From: Nanohaloarchaea archaeon B1-Br10_U2g21
Lineage (GTDB): Archaea > Nanohalarchaeota > Nanosalinia > Nanosalinales > Nanosalinaceae
Reading direction: 5' to 3'
DNA: 64,000 bases
Assembly (NCBI GenBank): GCA_001563915.1
Contig: LKMP01000001.1
Location: forward strand, 32,001-96,000
Part shown: positions 39,378 to 49,515 of the stretch, in pieces
Layout of the letters: every line of letters starts with the position of its first letter
Numbering within the stretch: the first letter of the stretch is position 1
Position numbers and translations under genes: made by a program
Notes under the pieces: model-generated
What the model was told of the DNA's origin: nothing
The model's database searches: none
Seen by the model: only the letters and a program-made list of their open reading frames with translations

Positions 39378-40886
39378 ATGATAGATGCAGTGACATCTTT
39401 GTTGGCTAATGCATTTCTAAACCCTATAGGCCTACTAGCCTTGCTAACATTGATACCTCTAGCTTATTTTTATCTGACGAAACCAGAGCCAGACAGACTG
39501 GTTATGCCGTCTATAGATTTCTTTATGGAGGATGAAAAAGAGGGAAAACTTAACCATGCGTTTAACACACTTCGGAAAAATATTGTTCTGATATTAAATA
39601 TTTTATTTATCATCTTAGCGGCTTCGGCTGTAGCAGGTTTGCATACTAGTTCTTCCGGAACAGATGAAACAGTGATAATATATGACAGATCGGCGTCAAT
39701 GCATGAAGAACATGCTGAATCAGTATCTACAGTTCTTGAGAATGCTGGATCAGAAAATGTGATAGTAGATACTGGAGAGCAAATACATGTTGAAGAAGGC
39801 CTCAACAGGCAAGATGCAGCAGACTATATCAGAAATAATCCTCCTGAAAATGAGGGTTCCGATCTCAGAACTGCTCTTCAGCGAGCAGAGGCGTATGAAG
39901 GACAGATAATACTTTTATCTAATCTAGATGAAGATCAAAGTTTGATAGAAGATTTTGAACTACTTGCAGAGAATAGAGGCCTTGAACAGATTGATTACAG
40001 TTCTGAAAACCATTGGGGATTTGTAGATATATCAGAAGATTATGCAGAAATCAGAAACTATCGTAATACTGAGGTATCTATTGATTTACAAATCAATTCC
40101 GATCAACAGGAGGTAGAAATACCTGCTAGAGAGACTAGAAGGATTGATTTGGAACTTGATGAAGGAGAAAATATTCTAGAATTACCTCAAGATGGATTTT
40201 CTCTCGATAATACTGCATATGTATACGTTCCTGAGGATGAAGTGGCGTCTGTAGAAATAAAAGGCCCTGAAAATCCTTATATTGAAACAGCGATTGATTT
40301 AATGGATAATTTTGAGAATTCTAATGAAGGAGATATATTAATTATGAATGAGGATGCAGATATGCCTGATAGGCCTGCAGTATTTATGCAGGGAAGTAGT
40401 GATGCATGGTCTTCTGGAAGTTCTGAAACGAAAGAAGTACAAGTAGAGGGAGATATCAATTTCATAGTTGAAACAGAAGTTTATGAGGCTAATGAAACCG
40501 ATGAAACATTTTCTGAGCCAGAACACGCACTTTTTAGGGATGGTGACAAGTTTTACTACAATATTGACGATGAAGACTTTAGACAGGAATTTGTATACCC
40601 TGTATTCTGGCAAAATATGTTAGAACAGATAACAGAAAGAAATTCGTTTGAAGATGCTAACTTTGATCTAAATTCTGTTGAAGAAACAGAGCCAGGATTC
40701 TATAATAATGAATATGCAGTAAACTTTCTCGATGAACAGCAGGCCGACTTAGAATTTAATGAAATCGAAACTTCTGATACAGAATTTCAAACTCCGTTAA
40801 ACCAGGCAAGCATACTAGCTATGTTATTGCTGGTGCTTATAGGTCTTGAAACGATATTACTACTTGATAGAGGGGTATATGAATGA
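39378..40886 (+). CDS. BatA-domain plus vWA membrane-anchored protein
   Basis: FLNPIGLLALL..IPL...Y...P.....PS BatA N-terminus; DRSASM MIDAS; C-terminal TM. Confidence 0.85.
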   Translation: MIDAVTSLLANAFLNPIGLLALLTLIPLAYFYLTKPEPDRLVMPSIDFFMEDEKEGKLNHAFNTLRKNIVLILNILFIILAASAVAGLHTSSSGTDETVIIYDRSASMHEEHAESVSTVLENAGSENVIVDTGEQIHVEEGLNRQDAADYIRNNPPENEGSDLRTALQRAEAYEGQIILLSNLDEDQSLIEDFELLAENRGLEQIDYSSENHWGFVDISEDYAEIRNYRNTEVSIDLQINSDQQEVEIPARETRRIDLELDEGENILELPQDGFSLDNTAYVYVPEDEVASVEIKGPENPYIETAIDLMDNFENSNEGDILIMNEDADMPDRPAVFMQGSSDAWSSGSSETKEVQVEGDINFIVETEVYEANETDETFSEPEHALFRDGDKFYYNIDDEDFRQEFVYPVFWQNMLEQITERNSFEDANFDLNSVEETEPGFYNNEYAVNFLDEQQADLEFNEIETSDTEFQTPLNQASILAMLLLVLIGLETILLLDRGVYE

Positions 40887-43072
40887 TAGGTTTTGAAAAT
40901 CCTGAACTAATGTTGTTATCGCTTTTGTTACTGCCTCTAATAGTCCGATCGCTTAAATTCAGGCCTTTGAAGAGAATTATAGCTATTTTAACAGTTTTAG
41001 CTGCTTTTTCGCTTATAACTGCTGCAGCAGGGATGGGTATAAGCGCTGAAGAAACTGGCAGCGAAGTAGCTGAGTTAGTTTTGGTTGAAGATCAGTCTAT
41101 GTCCTCACAGCTCATAAATAAAGAAGATCTTGAAGCTGAAGATGTAGTTTTTGATCGCCGAACAGTAAATTCAGATAGAGAAAATTTTGATAGCCAAGTA
41201 GAAAATCTTTTAGAACCTAATGAAACTTATCTGTTTGTATCAGATCTTCAAACAGATATTAATGGCATTGACCAGTCTTTTGAAGAAAAAAATGCATCAG
41301 TCAATCTATTGAGAGAAGAAATGGAAGAAGAACATTCAATAGTTATTGAAGGGCCTGATGAAGCAGTTATAGGTGCAGAAAATAGTTATACAGCGCAGGT
41401 AAGTTCTACAAATGGTACTACTTCAATGACAGTAGGTAAAGGAGAGGAGGTAATATATAGTGGTACGGAGGAAGAATACGAGTTTGATCTTACTTTTGAT
41501 GAGCCTGGATATGAACAGATATGGGCGGAAATAGAGGCTGATGATGTTTATGGAGAAAACAATGAATATTTCAAAACTGTAAAGATAAGAGAAAAACCTG
41601 AGCTACTTGTAATAGGTGGAGAAGGCTCACTTGAGACAGAGCTAGAAGAATTCTATGAGATAGATTATGCATCCACAGCTCCAGAATACGTAGAAGAGTA
41701 CGATACTGTCTTGATGAAAGAGTCACAGGATAATCAGGAGCTCAGAAATTACCTAATAGAGGGAGGAGGACTAGTATATACTGGAAATGACTACAATGCG
41801 GATTATATTCCGGTAAATGATGCGGAGATGGAAGAAGAAACAGATGCTGCTACACTAATAGTCCTTATAGATATCTCGGTTGGTGCGGGCGAATATGGGG
41901 CGGCGGAGGCTGCAAAAAGTATATCTCATGAATTAGTTGATAGCTTGCCATCAAATACTAGATTAGGAGTTGTGGCATACAATGATTATTCGTATGATGT
42001 GATTGATCCAGTTCTATTATCTGAAGGAAGAGAAGAAGCTAAAGATAAGATATCTAGGCTAGAACCAGGAGGCCCAACGTTCCATGATAGAGGTATGAGA
42101 GGGGCCAATTCTATGATAAGAAATAATGATATTGAAGACGGAAATATTGTGATGTTAACAGACGGAAAAATTTCAGATCTTGCAGAGAGAAGAAATGTGG
42201 CTCGAGAAACACAGCGAGAGGTGTCGCGTTCGTCTGCTCGTCTCATAACAGTAGGAGTAGGAGAGGAATTTCCAAGAGAGCTTGAAGAAGAAGACCGAGA
42301 ATTTCTCACTGATTTAGCTGAGAGAACAGAAGGAGGGTTCTATGTAGAAGGCCATTCTGCAGAACAATTAGAATTTACATTTGATGCAGGAGACGGAGCC
42401 GGCGAAATGAATCCATTGGCTATAACCGACTCCACACATTTCATAACTAGAGGACACACTACAGAAGCATCTATTATAGATATGGATGGTTCAGAAACTA
42501 AGTCGGGAGCTAATGAATTGGTAGAAACTGTAGAAGGACAACCATTTCTCACAACTTGGCGATATGGTACAGGACGAGTAGCAGCATTTTCAGGGGATAA
42601 CCAAGATATGGAAGAGCTCATGGATCAAGATCCAGGTCTGGCGGGCAGAACTTTTTCTTGGACTACTGGTCCAATGGAACGTGATAAGTGGATTGAGGGA
42701 GAGACAGTACGAGATGACTTCAGGATATACTCTCGAGAACAGGAAGAAGGATTTGTAAGACAGTCAGAAGAAAGGTATTATAATGAACTTAGTCATAACG
42801 AAACAGGATTTTATGAAGAGTCAGGCGTAGAATATTCGGTCAACTATAGGCCCGAACTACAACAACTTGGTTATAACGAGGAGGTGTTCTCAGAGTTTAC
42901 TGTAAATGGCCAGGTATATCAGCCAAACCAGATTGAAACTCTCTATGAGCAGCTGGATACGCAAGAGCAGACTTCAGATAACAGAATTGATCTAAGGCCT
43001 TATCTATTACTGGCAGCTTTAGTATTTTACCTATCTGCTGTAAGTATAAGAAAAAGAAAAGGTCTTGCATAA
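40883..43072 (+). CDS. vWA-domain membrane-anchored protein
   Basis: FENP N-terminus; DQSMS and DISVG MIDAS-like motifs, GGPT, LTDG and WRYGTGRVAAF; C-terminal TM plus basic tail. Confidence 0.85.
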   Translation: MIGFENPELMLLSLLLLPLIVRSLKFRPLKRIIAILTVLAAFSLITAAAGMGISAEETGSEVAELVLVEDQSMSSQLINKEDLEAEDVVFDRRTVNSDRENFDSQVENLLEPNETYLFVSDLQTDINGIDQSFEEKNASVNLLREEMEEEHSIVIEGPDEAVIGAENSYTAQVSSTNGTTSMTVGKGEEVIYSGTEEEYEFDLTFDEPGYEQIWAEIEADDVYGENNEYFKTVKIREKPELLVIGGEGSLETELEEFYEIDYASTAPEYVEEYDTVLMKESQDNQELRNYLIEGGGLVYTGNDYNADYIPVNDAEMEEETDAATLIVLIDISVGAGEYGAAEAAKSISHELVDSLPSNTRLGVVAYNDYSYDVIDPVLLSEGREEAKDKISRLEPGGPTFHDRGMRGANSMIRNNDIEDGNIVMLTDGKISDLAERRNVARETQREVSRSSARLITVGVGEEFPRELEEEDREFLTDLAERTEGGFYVEGHSAEQLEFTFDAGDGAGEMNPLAITDSTHFITRGHTTEASIIDMDGSETKSGANELVETVEGQPFLTTWRYGTGRVAAFSGDNQDMEELMDQDPGLAGRTFSWTTGPMERDKWIEGETVRDDFRIYSREQEEGFVRQSEERYYNELSHNETGFYEESGVEYSVNYRPELQQLGYNEEVFSEFTVNGQVYQPNQIETLYEQLDTQEQTSDNRIDLRPYLLLAALVFYLSAVSIRKRKGLA

Positions 43073-43113
43073 CTGTCCTAAACGTTAAAACCAAGCTCTC
43101 TAAAAACATGTAT

Positions 43114-43629
43114 ATGGGAGTTTTTGATGATATAAAGGACTCTGTCACTAGTTCTGAGAAAAATGATTCTAGAGAAGGCCAACGTAAAACTAAGAGTTTC
43201 ACTGATACAGATTTCGATAGCTCTTCAAACTTTCAAGCTGATTCTTTAGACTCTCAACTAAGGGATAATACAGGCCCTTCTAATCAGAAAACTAGGCCGC
43301 AGCAGCGCCAACAGCAAGGACAACGAAATCGGAAAAACCCGCAACGAGGAGGTAATAGATCTCCTAATGCTCAAGCGGGTAGGCCTCAAACGGGGAGCGA
43401 TCAGCCTCAGCTCAGTCAGAGTACTCAGAAGAAGATGGAGAACGCAGGTATTGGGCCTTCTCGTAATCAGAATCAAGACCCAGGTCGTATTAGTAACAAC
43501 GCTATTGGCGGTGAAAAGAAGCAATCTGTATCAGCGTCTAGAGATGAATTTGAAGAATTAAAGGCGCAAAATGAGCAAATAATAGAAATTTTGAAGAGAA
43601 TTAACAGTTCTTTACAAAGACTAGGCTAA
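43114..43629 (+). CDS. Hypothetical protein: N-terminal helix, long Q/N/R/S disordered linker, C-terminal coiled coil
   Basis: MGVFDDIKDSV..., low-complexity middle, FEELKAQNEQIIEILKRIN; alternative start 43108. Confidence 0.7.
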   Translation: MGVFDDIKDSVTSSEKNDSREGQRKTKSFTDTDFDSSSNFQADSLDSQLRDNTGPSNQKTRPQQRQQQGQRNRKNPQRGGNRSPNAQAGRPQTGSDQPQLSQSTQKKMENAGIGPSRNQNQDPGRISNNAIGGEKKQSVSASRDEFEELKAQNEQIIEILKRINSSLQRLG

Positions 43630-43941
43630 ATAATTAAGAATGGTGCTCATTCCCCAAAGACCCTTCAAGAAAAGTAATGCAGCTATCCAGTTTTGATAAT
43701 CTACAAGTATGGCTGGGTCGCCTGTAAACAGAATTGCGGCGCTTAGAATGTCTGCCATAGATCCTAAAAGGTTTAGGGGAGGCCAAGGAATGAAGTTAAT
43801 TGAAATAAATGAATAAATGCCTTTGAAGTAGAGAAATCCTGCATGATAATGTAGAAAAGTTTCTGGTAGTGATGATGCTGTAAAAAGAATAAGAGTGGCT
43901 GATAAAATGTCTATCAGCCCTAAAGGATCAAATCTGAACAT
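43621..43941 (-). CDS. Small membrane protein
   Basis: Internal repeat DILSA(T/A)...L(Y/F).KG..S/G; coupled to the NYN gene. Confidence 0.7.
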   Translation of the reverse strand: MFRFDPLGLIDILSATLILFTASSLPETFLHYHAGFLYFKGIYSFISINFIPWPPLNLLGSMADILSAAILFTGDPAILVDYQNWIAALLFLKGLWGMSTILNYLA

Positions 43942-44405
43942 TATTCAAGTTCTACTACGCGGTCCGCGGCGTTTTTTAGGGCTGTAGAGAAGCCAGGCTC
44001 CATCCCCATAATCACTGTTTCTTTACCATGCTCTTTAGCCTTCTGGATTACAGGCAAAAAGTCTGTGTCTCGGCTTACGAGTACAACAATGTCTATATCG
44101 TCATTGAAGACTGCTTCCATTGCATTCACAGCCATGTAGACATCTACATCACTTTCTTTAGCTTTTTCGCCCCCTAATCCCAGAGAAGCTTCAAATCCTT
44201 GTGAAACGATTGCTTCTATAAGTTTGTCGGATGCATATTGATTCAAAAAGACTTTACCAACTTTTATGTTTCCAAGTTCTTCTACAGTCTCTCTTAAACC
44301 ATCTAAATCTAAATCAAACTCTTTTCTAACAACGTTAGGTCCATCAACGTAGACAGCCACGTTAGGCGATGTGTTAACACTTTCTTTAATTCTCTTTAAA
44401 ACCAT
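43941..44405 (-). CDS. NYN domain protein (archaeal TIGR00288-like)
   Basis: VYVDGPN, DVDV, SRDTDF.P and [11 protein letters not shown]. Confidence 0.9.
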   Translation of the reverse strand: MVLKRIKESVNTSPNVAVYVDGPNVVRKEFDLDLDGLRETVEELGNIKVGKVFLNQYASDKLIEAIVSQGFEASLGLGGEKAKESDVDVYMAVNAMEAVFNDDIDIVVLVSRDTDFLPVIQKAKEHGKETVIMGMEPGFSTALKNAADRVVELE

Positions 44406-44471
44406 TTTTGTAACACTGGATAAACAAGCGAACCTTACACATTTAACATTATAACAAACAAGATTGAAATT

Positions 44472-45203
44472 CTAAATCGTATAAAATTTTGATGCATTAT
44501 CAGTACATTTATTTGAAAGTTCTTTTAATGGAACATTCAAGAGTTGTGATGCCTTTTCAGCTATTTTAAAAGTATAGAGAGGGGTATTAGGCATTTGTTC
44601 CCCAAGGTAGGGAGAATCAGTCTCTAATAACAAATTATCTAATGAAACAATATCTAAAATATTTTGTACGTCTTTAGAATTAATTAATTGTCCTGTAACT
44701 CCAATAAAATGATTTGAATTAACTATCTCTTTAGCTAAATTGGTAGAACCATTAAAACAGTGGAAAAAAGCATGTACATCATACTCTGAGACTATTTCAA
44801 ACGACTTTCTCTCGGCCTCCCGAGAATGCACTACTACAGGCAAACTCATATCCTCAGCTAAACTCAGCATCTCTCTAAAAACTTTTTTCTGATTTTCTCT
44901 GATAGCTCTATCTTTTACGTGATAATGATCAAGACCTATTTCTCCAACAGCCAAAACATCTTTACGCCTTATCTGATTTTTTATTCGTTCAATTTCTGAA
45001 AATTTTTCTATACTGCAAGGATGCACTCCCATACAATAACCAAGTTTTTCAGATGTTTCGGCAATCTCCAAGGCCTTCAAATTGTCTTCGGGACCACATC
45101 CTGCCAAAACAGCAAAATCCATTCTCTGCTCAATATCTTCAATTACCTTATTTCTGAACCCATCAAAATTATCAAAATGAAGGTGGCAGTGAGAATCAAT
45201 CAT
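44472..45203 (-). CDS. tatD: TatD-family nuclease
   Basis: IDSHCHL, GVHP, GEIGLD, HSR, FHCF and ETDSPY. Confidence 0.95.
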   Translation of the reverse strand: MIDSHCHLHFDNFDGFRNKVIEDIEQRMDFAVLAGCGPEDNLKALEIAETSEKLGYCMGVHPCSIEKFSEIERIKNQIRRKDVLAVGEIGLDHYHVKDRAIRENQKKVFREMLSLAEDMSLPVVVHSREAERKSFEIVSEYDVHAFFHCFNGSTNLAKEIVNSNHFIGVTGQLINSKDVQNILDIVSLDNLLLETDSPYLGEQMPNTPLYTFKIAEKASQLLNVPLKELSNKCTDNASKFYTI

Positions 45204-45784
45204 CTTTTCTCTTTTTCCAGTCGAGCCTCTGTAGCTCCACGCTGACCCATATATTTTGCATCCATTTTTTCTCCATAAGGTCTATCTGCGTCAGAAGTCA
45301 TATTTTCAACCGCCATCTGACAAATTCTATCTTCAGGATAGATGGTTATAGGCACATTTCCCAGATTCTGAATTTCTAATGTGATTTGGCCCTCAAAACC
45401 AGCATCCACAAAGCCTCCTGCGGCATGAGGGATCAGGCCCAAACGCGCATAACTTGAACGACCTTCAATTCTTGCTACCTTGTCTGTAGGTATATTGACT
45501 GTTTCTAAAGTTGTACCAATTACGAATTCTCCTGGATGTATTACTACGCCTTCCTCTGCAGACCGAGTCATTTTACGCTGCAAATTAGAGAAAGAATCCA
45601 TATCTTTAGTATCAATTGCCTTTACCTTTCTAGTCTCAAGAAACCCGAACTCATATCCGAGTCTTAGATCAATAGATGATGGTCCTATCTGAAGATCGTG
45701 GTCAACTTTAGGTCCATTCTCAGTATATACAAGCTTTTCATTGTTTACGAGCCTGAGCAGGTCTTTGTCGGAAAGTATGCTCAT
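45200..45784 (-). CDS. dcd: dCTP deaminase
   Basis: PSSIDLRL, EGRSSYARLG, DAGFEGQITLE and ICQ. Confidence 0.95.
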   Translation of the reverse strand: MSILSDKDLLRLVNNEKLVYTENGPKVDHDLQIGPSSIDLRLGYEFGFLETRKVKAIDTKDMDSFSNLQRKMTRSAEEGVVIHPGEFVIGTTLETVNIPTDKVARIEGRSSYARLGLIPHAAGGFVDAGFEGQITLEIQNLGNVPITIYPEDRICQMAVENMTSDADRPYGEKMDAKYMGQRGATEARLEKEKR

Positions 45785-45837
45785 GTACAGAAATTAACAA
45801 TCATATCTTTTATTCCTTCAACTTCTAAACAGTTTAC

Positions 45838-47280
45838 ATGAATCTTAACTTGTCATTAAAAACTCTCTTAACTTTCTTTATCATAGTTTTAATTGCTTCA
45901 ACAGCATATGCTACAGCAACGCATGAGTTAGAACTCTCAGAGGACTATGTAAGTGCTAATACTACTTTAAAACTAGATTGTCAGTCTAACTGTCCATTAA
46001 ATCTTTGGAATATTAATTACAACCTTCCTGAAGATTCTGAACTCATATACATAGGAGACTCAATAGGACAAATAGATGAATATAGCGTACAGAATGGGGT
46101 TGTGGATGCTTCTACTAATTCGGGCCCAGCTAGAGAAGAAGAGTACGTAGAAATATATTACAAAATTAATGAGCCTTCAGAAAAAGTAGTAGAAGAGCTT
46201 AAAACTTACGAATTATCTTTTTCAGGCTTTGAAGATCAAGAAACAGCAGGAACTATAGAAAGCAGTGAGATTATATCTGCTTGGATTGCTCCGGGTTTTG
46301 AGGTTTCCTATCAGGAAGATGTACGTTTCAATGGTGAAGGGCCTTTGTCTATCAGTCTAAATGTGGGAGAGGGAAATAGAACAGAGTATTATGAAGTCTT
46401 TGGAGATAAACCTGAAGCTGACCTTGATAAAGCATACGAAATGGCTTTAGGTACTGTTGGGCATCAACAAAACTTCGAAAGATTTCCAATAGTATTTTAT
46501 TCAAGTATTGACTATAGGAATGAAGTTTCTGAGTGGAGTGCTGGAGAGTATGGCGGAGGGCTTATCAAAATCAAGGAATCGGATGAATTGAAGCCTGTAG
46601 TAGTTCATGAAACTGTTCATGGCTTAAACCATGATTTATTGAGCTGGGATCAGACAGATAGCGCCTGGTTTGATGAGGGAGTTGCAACCCATGCTGAAGA
46701 TTTGACAAGAGTAAGTTTAGAGGGAAGAAATAGGACTTCTGAACTTTTTGGAGATGACGTAAGTTTTCAAGATGAGGGGTATATCTATACAATTCCTCCG
46801 AGGGGAGATAGAGAGGAATTATGGGAGTATTATCAGTCAGAAGAAGACTCAATGAAACACTGGGCTCCTTCAAAGGGAAATCGAGAGTTTGGATACGCTT
46901 ATTCTGAACTTATAGTCAAAAAATATGTCAAAAACGGAGGAGAACTAACTGAAATTTATGAAGAAGTAGACCCCGGAGTACAAATTGATAGTAATGAAGA
47001 AAAATGGGATTTATACGGCAAACATCTCGACTTAAGGCCTTGTGAGAGAGAAAACAGAGCCGATTTTGACCATTGTCTTGATGAGATAAACCAGCATGAA
47101 TTTGAAGTCCAAGCAGCATCACGCGTAAATGAAACAGATGAATTAGAGATTGAAAAAGTTGAAGTACCAGAAAGACAGGCTTTAGAAAACCCTGGAATAG
47201 CTCAGCAAATCATGCAAGAACTAAACCTGTTTTTGAACGCGTTCACAGATCTAGTGTCTAATTTAGGTGATAAAATCTGA
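45838..47280 (+). CDS. Secreted zinc metallopeptidase (gluzincin, HEXXH...E)
   Basis: Signal peptide; VVHETVH...WFDEGVA; YAYS. Confidence 0.8.
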   Translation: MNLNLSLKTLLTFFIIVLIASTAYATATHELELSEDYVSANTTLKLDCQSNCPLNLWNINYNLPEDSELIYIGDSIGQIDEYSVQNGVVDASTNSGPAREEEYVEIYYKINEPSEKVVEELKTYELSFSGFEDQETAGTIESSEIISAWIAPGFEVSYQEDVRFNGEGPLSISLNVGEGNRTEYYEVFGDKPEADLDKAYEMALGTVGHQQNFERFPIVFYSSIDYRNEVSEWSAGEYGGGLIKIKESDELKPVVVHETVHGLNHDLLSWDQTDSAWFDEGVATHAEDLTRVSLEGRNRTSELFGDDVSFQDEGYIYTIPPRGDREELWEYYQSEEDSMKHWAPSKGNREFGYAYSELIVKKYVKNGGELTEIYEEVDPGVQIDSNEEKWDLYGKHLDLRPCERENRADFDHCLDEINQHEFEVQAASRVNETDELEIEKVEVPERQALENPGIAQQIMQELNLFLNAFTDLVSNLGDKI

Positions 47281-47918
47281 TAGAACATGTAATAGCTAAT
47301 ATAGAAGTCTATGGTCCGGTAGCAGTCATACTATGGATGTTTCTTGAAGAATTTATTCCGATTCCCTCAGCTGTAGCACCTATGGCCGCAGGCTTCATAC
47401 TTATACCTGCAAACGAGCCATTACAGGCTTTCTTAATGGTATTTTTATTTATTGCCGTGGTTGGTTCAGCGGCTTCAGTCCTCAGCTCTTATGTTCTTTA
47501 CGGTCTCGGTTTTTATGGCGGCAAACCTGTTTTAGAACGAATAGGAAAGTATTTCAGCATTACTTGGCCTCAAATAAAGGCATTTGAAACCCATTTTACA
47601 TCTGACAGAGAACATCTATATCTTATGATTTTCAGAGCTATTCCATTAATTCCTCTTTCAGTTATCTCAGCATCAGCAGGATTTTTCCGAATAGATTGGA
47701 AGACGTATGGAATATGGAGTTTTATAGGAATGATTCCTAGAAATCTATCTTTAGGCATGATAGGCTGGTATCTCAGAGATGACTTTGCCTCAGCCGCTAT
47801 AATTCTTGGAAAAATTTCTACAGTAGCATTTGTTCTAATGGCTACTGCAGCAAGTGTTTATTTTTTCTATAACAGGCATAAATTTGCAGAGAAAGGTAAA
47901 GGAATGCTGATGGCATAA
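47277..47918 (+). CDS. dedA: DedA/VTT family membrane protein, probable CTG start
   Basis: YG...I.WMFLEE..PIPS, YGLG..GG and FRAIP..P...IS..AG; frame open upstream to CTG 47277 after GGTGA. Confidence 0.85.
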   Translation: MIEHVIANIEVYGPVAVILWMFLEEFIPIPSAVAPMAAGFILIPANEPLQAFLMVFLFIAVVGSAASVLSSYVLYGLGFYGGKPVLERIGKYFSITWPQIKAFETHFTSDREHLYLMIFRAIPLIPLSVISASAGFFRIDWKTYGIWSFIGMIPRNLSLGMIGWYLRDDFASAAIILGKISTVAFVLMATAASVYFFYNRHKFAEKGKGMLMA

Positions 47919-47954
47919 AACTCTGATAAAAATGGATGTGAAAATTTCTAGATA

Positions 47955-48488
47955 ATGACTGAACTAAGAAAATTTATTGAAGAATATCTAGATTTTTATT
48001 CTGAAACACAGGGTCTGCTCCCGGAAGTGCTAGAAAATTATAGGGCTAAATTTTCTAAACAAGGATTTTTAGAGAGACAGGATCTATATGACCTTGCATA
48101 TGAGTCTTCAACTCGTAGTGCACATCACGTCAATCGTAACTCAAAAGAACTTTGTCGAGAAGTTACGTTAAATCTTTACAATATTGAAGGAGATTTTTCT
48201 CAGATAGCTATTTTAACAGCGCTTAAAGGATTCAAAGCTCCTACTGCTTCAGTAATATTAGCCGTAAAAAATCCTGAACGACATGCAGTTGTGGATACAA
48301 GAGTGTGGGCATCATTAGAAAGACTGAACTATCTTAACGGAAGAAGGGAAACTTTTGGCCCAAGACATTATGTAAAAATGATTGAGCCTATCAGAGAGAT
48401 CTCCAAAAAAACAGGTTATACTACAGAAGAAGTAGGTTATGCTCTTTTCGCATATGATGTTGATAAAAGAAAAGGAACATTACATTAA
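47955..48488 (+). CDS. Hypothetical protein with HhH-GPD glycosylase-like motif
   Basis: LTALKGFKAPTASVIL....P....VVDTRVW. Confidence 0.65.
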   Translation: MTELRKFIEEYLDFYSETQGLLPEVLENYRAKFSKQGFLERQDLYDLAYESSTRSAHHVNRNSKELCREVTLNLYNIEGDFSQIAILTALKGFKAPTASVILAVKNPERHAVVDTRVWASLERLNYLNGRRETFGPRHYVKMIEPIREISKKTGYTTEEVGYALFAYDVDKRKGTLH

Positions 48489-49514
48489 GTTCTTAAGCAG
48501 GATTTTTTCTTTCTTTAAATTCCACATATAGGCCTTACGTACAATGTCTTTACAGTATCTAAACACAAGGCTTTTACGTGAGTTTCCATTTCGTATAAAC
48601 ATCCCTGTCCTACCTAAAGATATCAGAAATCCAGGAGAAAACTCGCCAACAAGCTCAAGATTTTCATAATCTTCTTTAGAAATATTTTTTGCGGCTACTT
48701 TGGCTTCTTTCAAAGACTGGTGAGCAGAATTTCCTTCTCTGTTATTACACATGCCAATACCGAAAATATTGTCATATTCTATAGAACATAGGCCTTTATT
48801 GACTTTCAAACCTTCAGAACCAAAAGATTCTCTAATAACTTCTACGGGTTCTACTCCGCCACACCATACAATTCTGTCAAAGGTAAGGTGAGGTCCATCA
48901 ACAAACTCTGCAATGCCATTTTCAGAAACTGTTAACTCTTTACCTCCTGTAAAACCAATCTCGTAACGGTTAAGATAATCTAAAACTTTTAGTGATACGT
49001 TTTCTGAAAAACTTGGTAAGGGCCGAGTCATAGAGTCATAAATGTGGACGTCTAGTCCTTTAGCTTCGAGTTCTGCAGCATATTCGATACCTGTATAGCC
49101 AGAACCAATAATAGCTACCGATCCTTTAGTATTTGCTAATTTAAAGGATTCATCAATAGAATAAGGATGTATAATATCTTCACTATCAATTTTTGTCTTT
49201 GGAGATCCTCCAAGTGCTAAAACAAGATAATCGTACTCAATTTCTCCCTTTTCAAGCTCAACAATAGATTCTTTGGGCCTAAAACCTGTGATTTCTTCTC
49301 TTGATGTCTTTATAGTTGTCCCTGAAAACAGTTTTTCAACATCAATTGTTAAGTCATCTTTACTTACTCTCTTACGAACTAAGTCTATTAAGCCTGGCTT
49401 GTAAACGTGTTCAAGATCTTTATCAACGATTTCGACATCAAATCCCTTTCTATGAAGGTCTATAGCTGCTCTAATTCCTCCGAAACCGGATCCAGCAACT
49501 AAAACTTTCTCCAT
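48480..49514 (-). CDS. FAD-dependent pyridine nucleotide-disulfide oxidoreductase (NDH-2/SQR-like)
   Basis: VLVAGSGFGG, YDYLVLALG and IIGSGYTGIE. Confidence 0.85.
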   Translation of the reverse strand: MEKVLVAGSGFGGIRAAIDLHRKGFDVEIVDKDLEHVYKPGLIDLVRKRVSKDDLTIDVEKLFSGTTIKTSREEITGFRPKESIVELEKGEIEYDYLVLALGGSPKTKIDSEDIIHPYSIDESFKLANTKGSVAIIGSGYTGIEYAAELEAKGLDVHIYDSMTRPLPSFSENVSLKVLDYLNRYEIGFTGGKELTVSENGIAEFVDGPHLTFDRIVWCGGVEPVEVIRESFGSEGLKVNKGLCSIEYDNIFGIGMCNNREGNSAHQSLKEAKVAAKNISKEDYENLELVGEFSPGFLISLGRTGMFIRNGNSRKSLVFRYCKDIVRKAYMWNLKKEKILLKNLM

Positions 49515-49515
49515 A

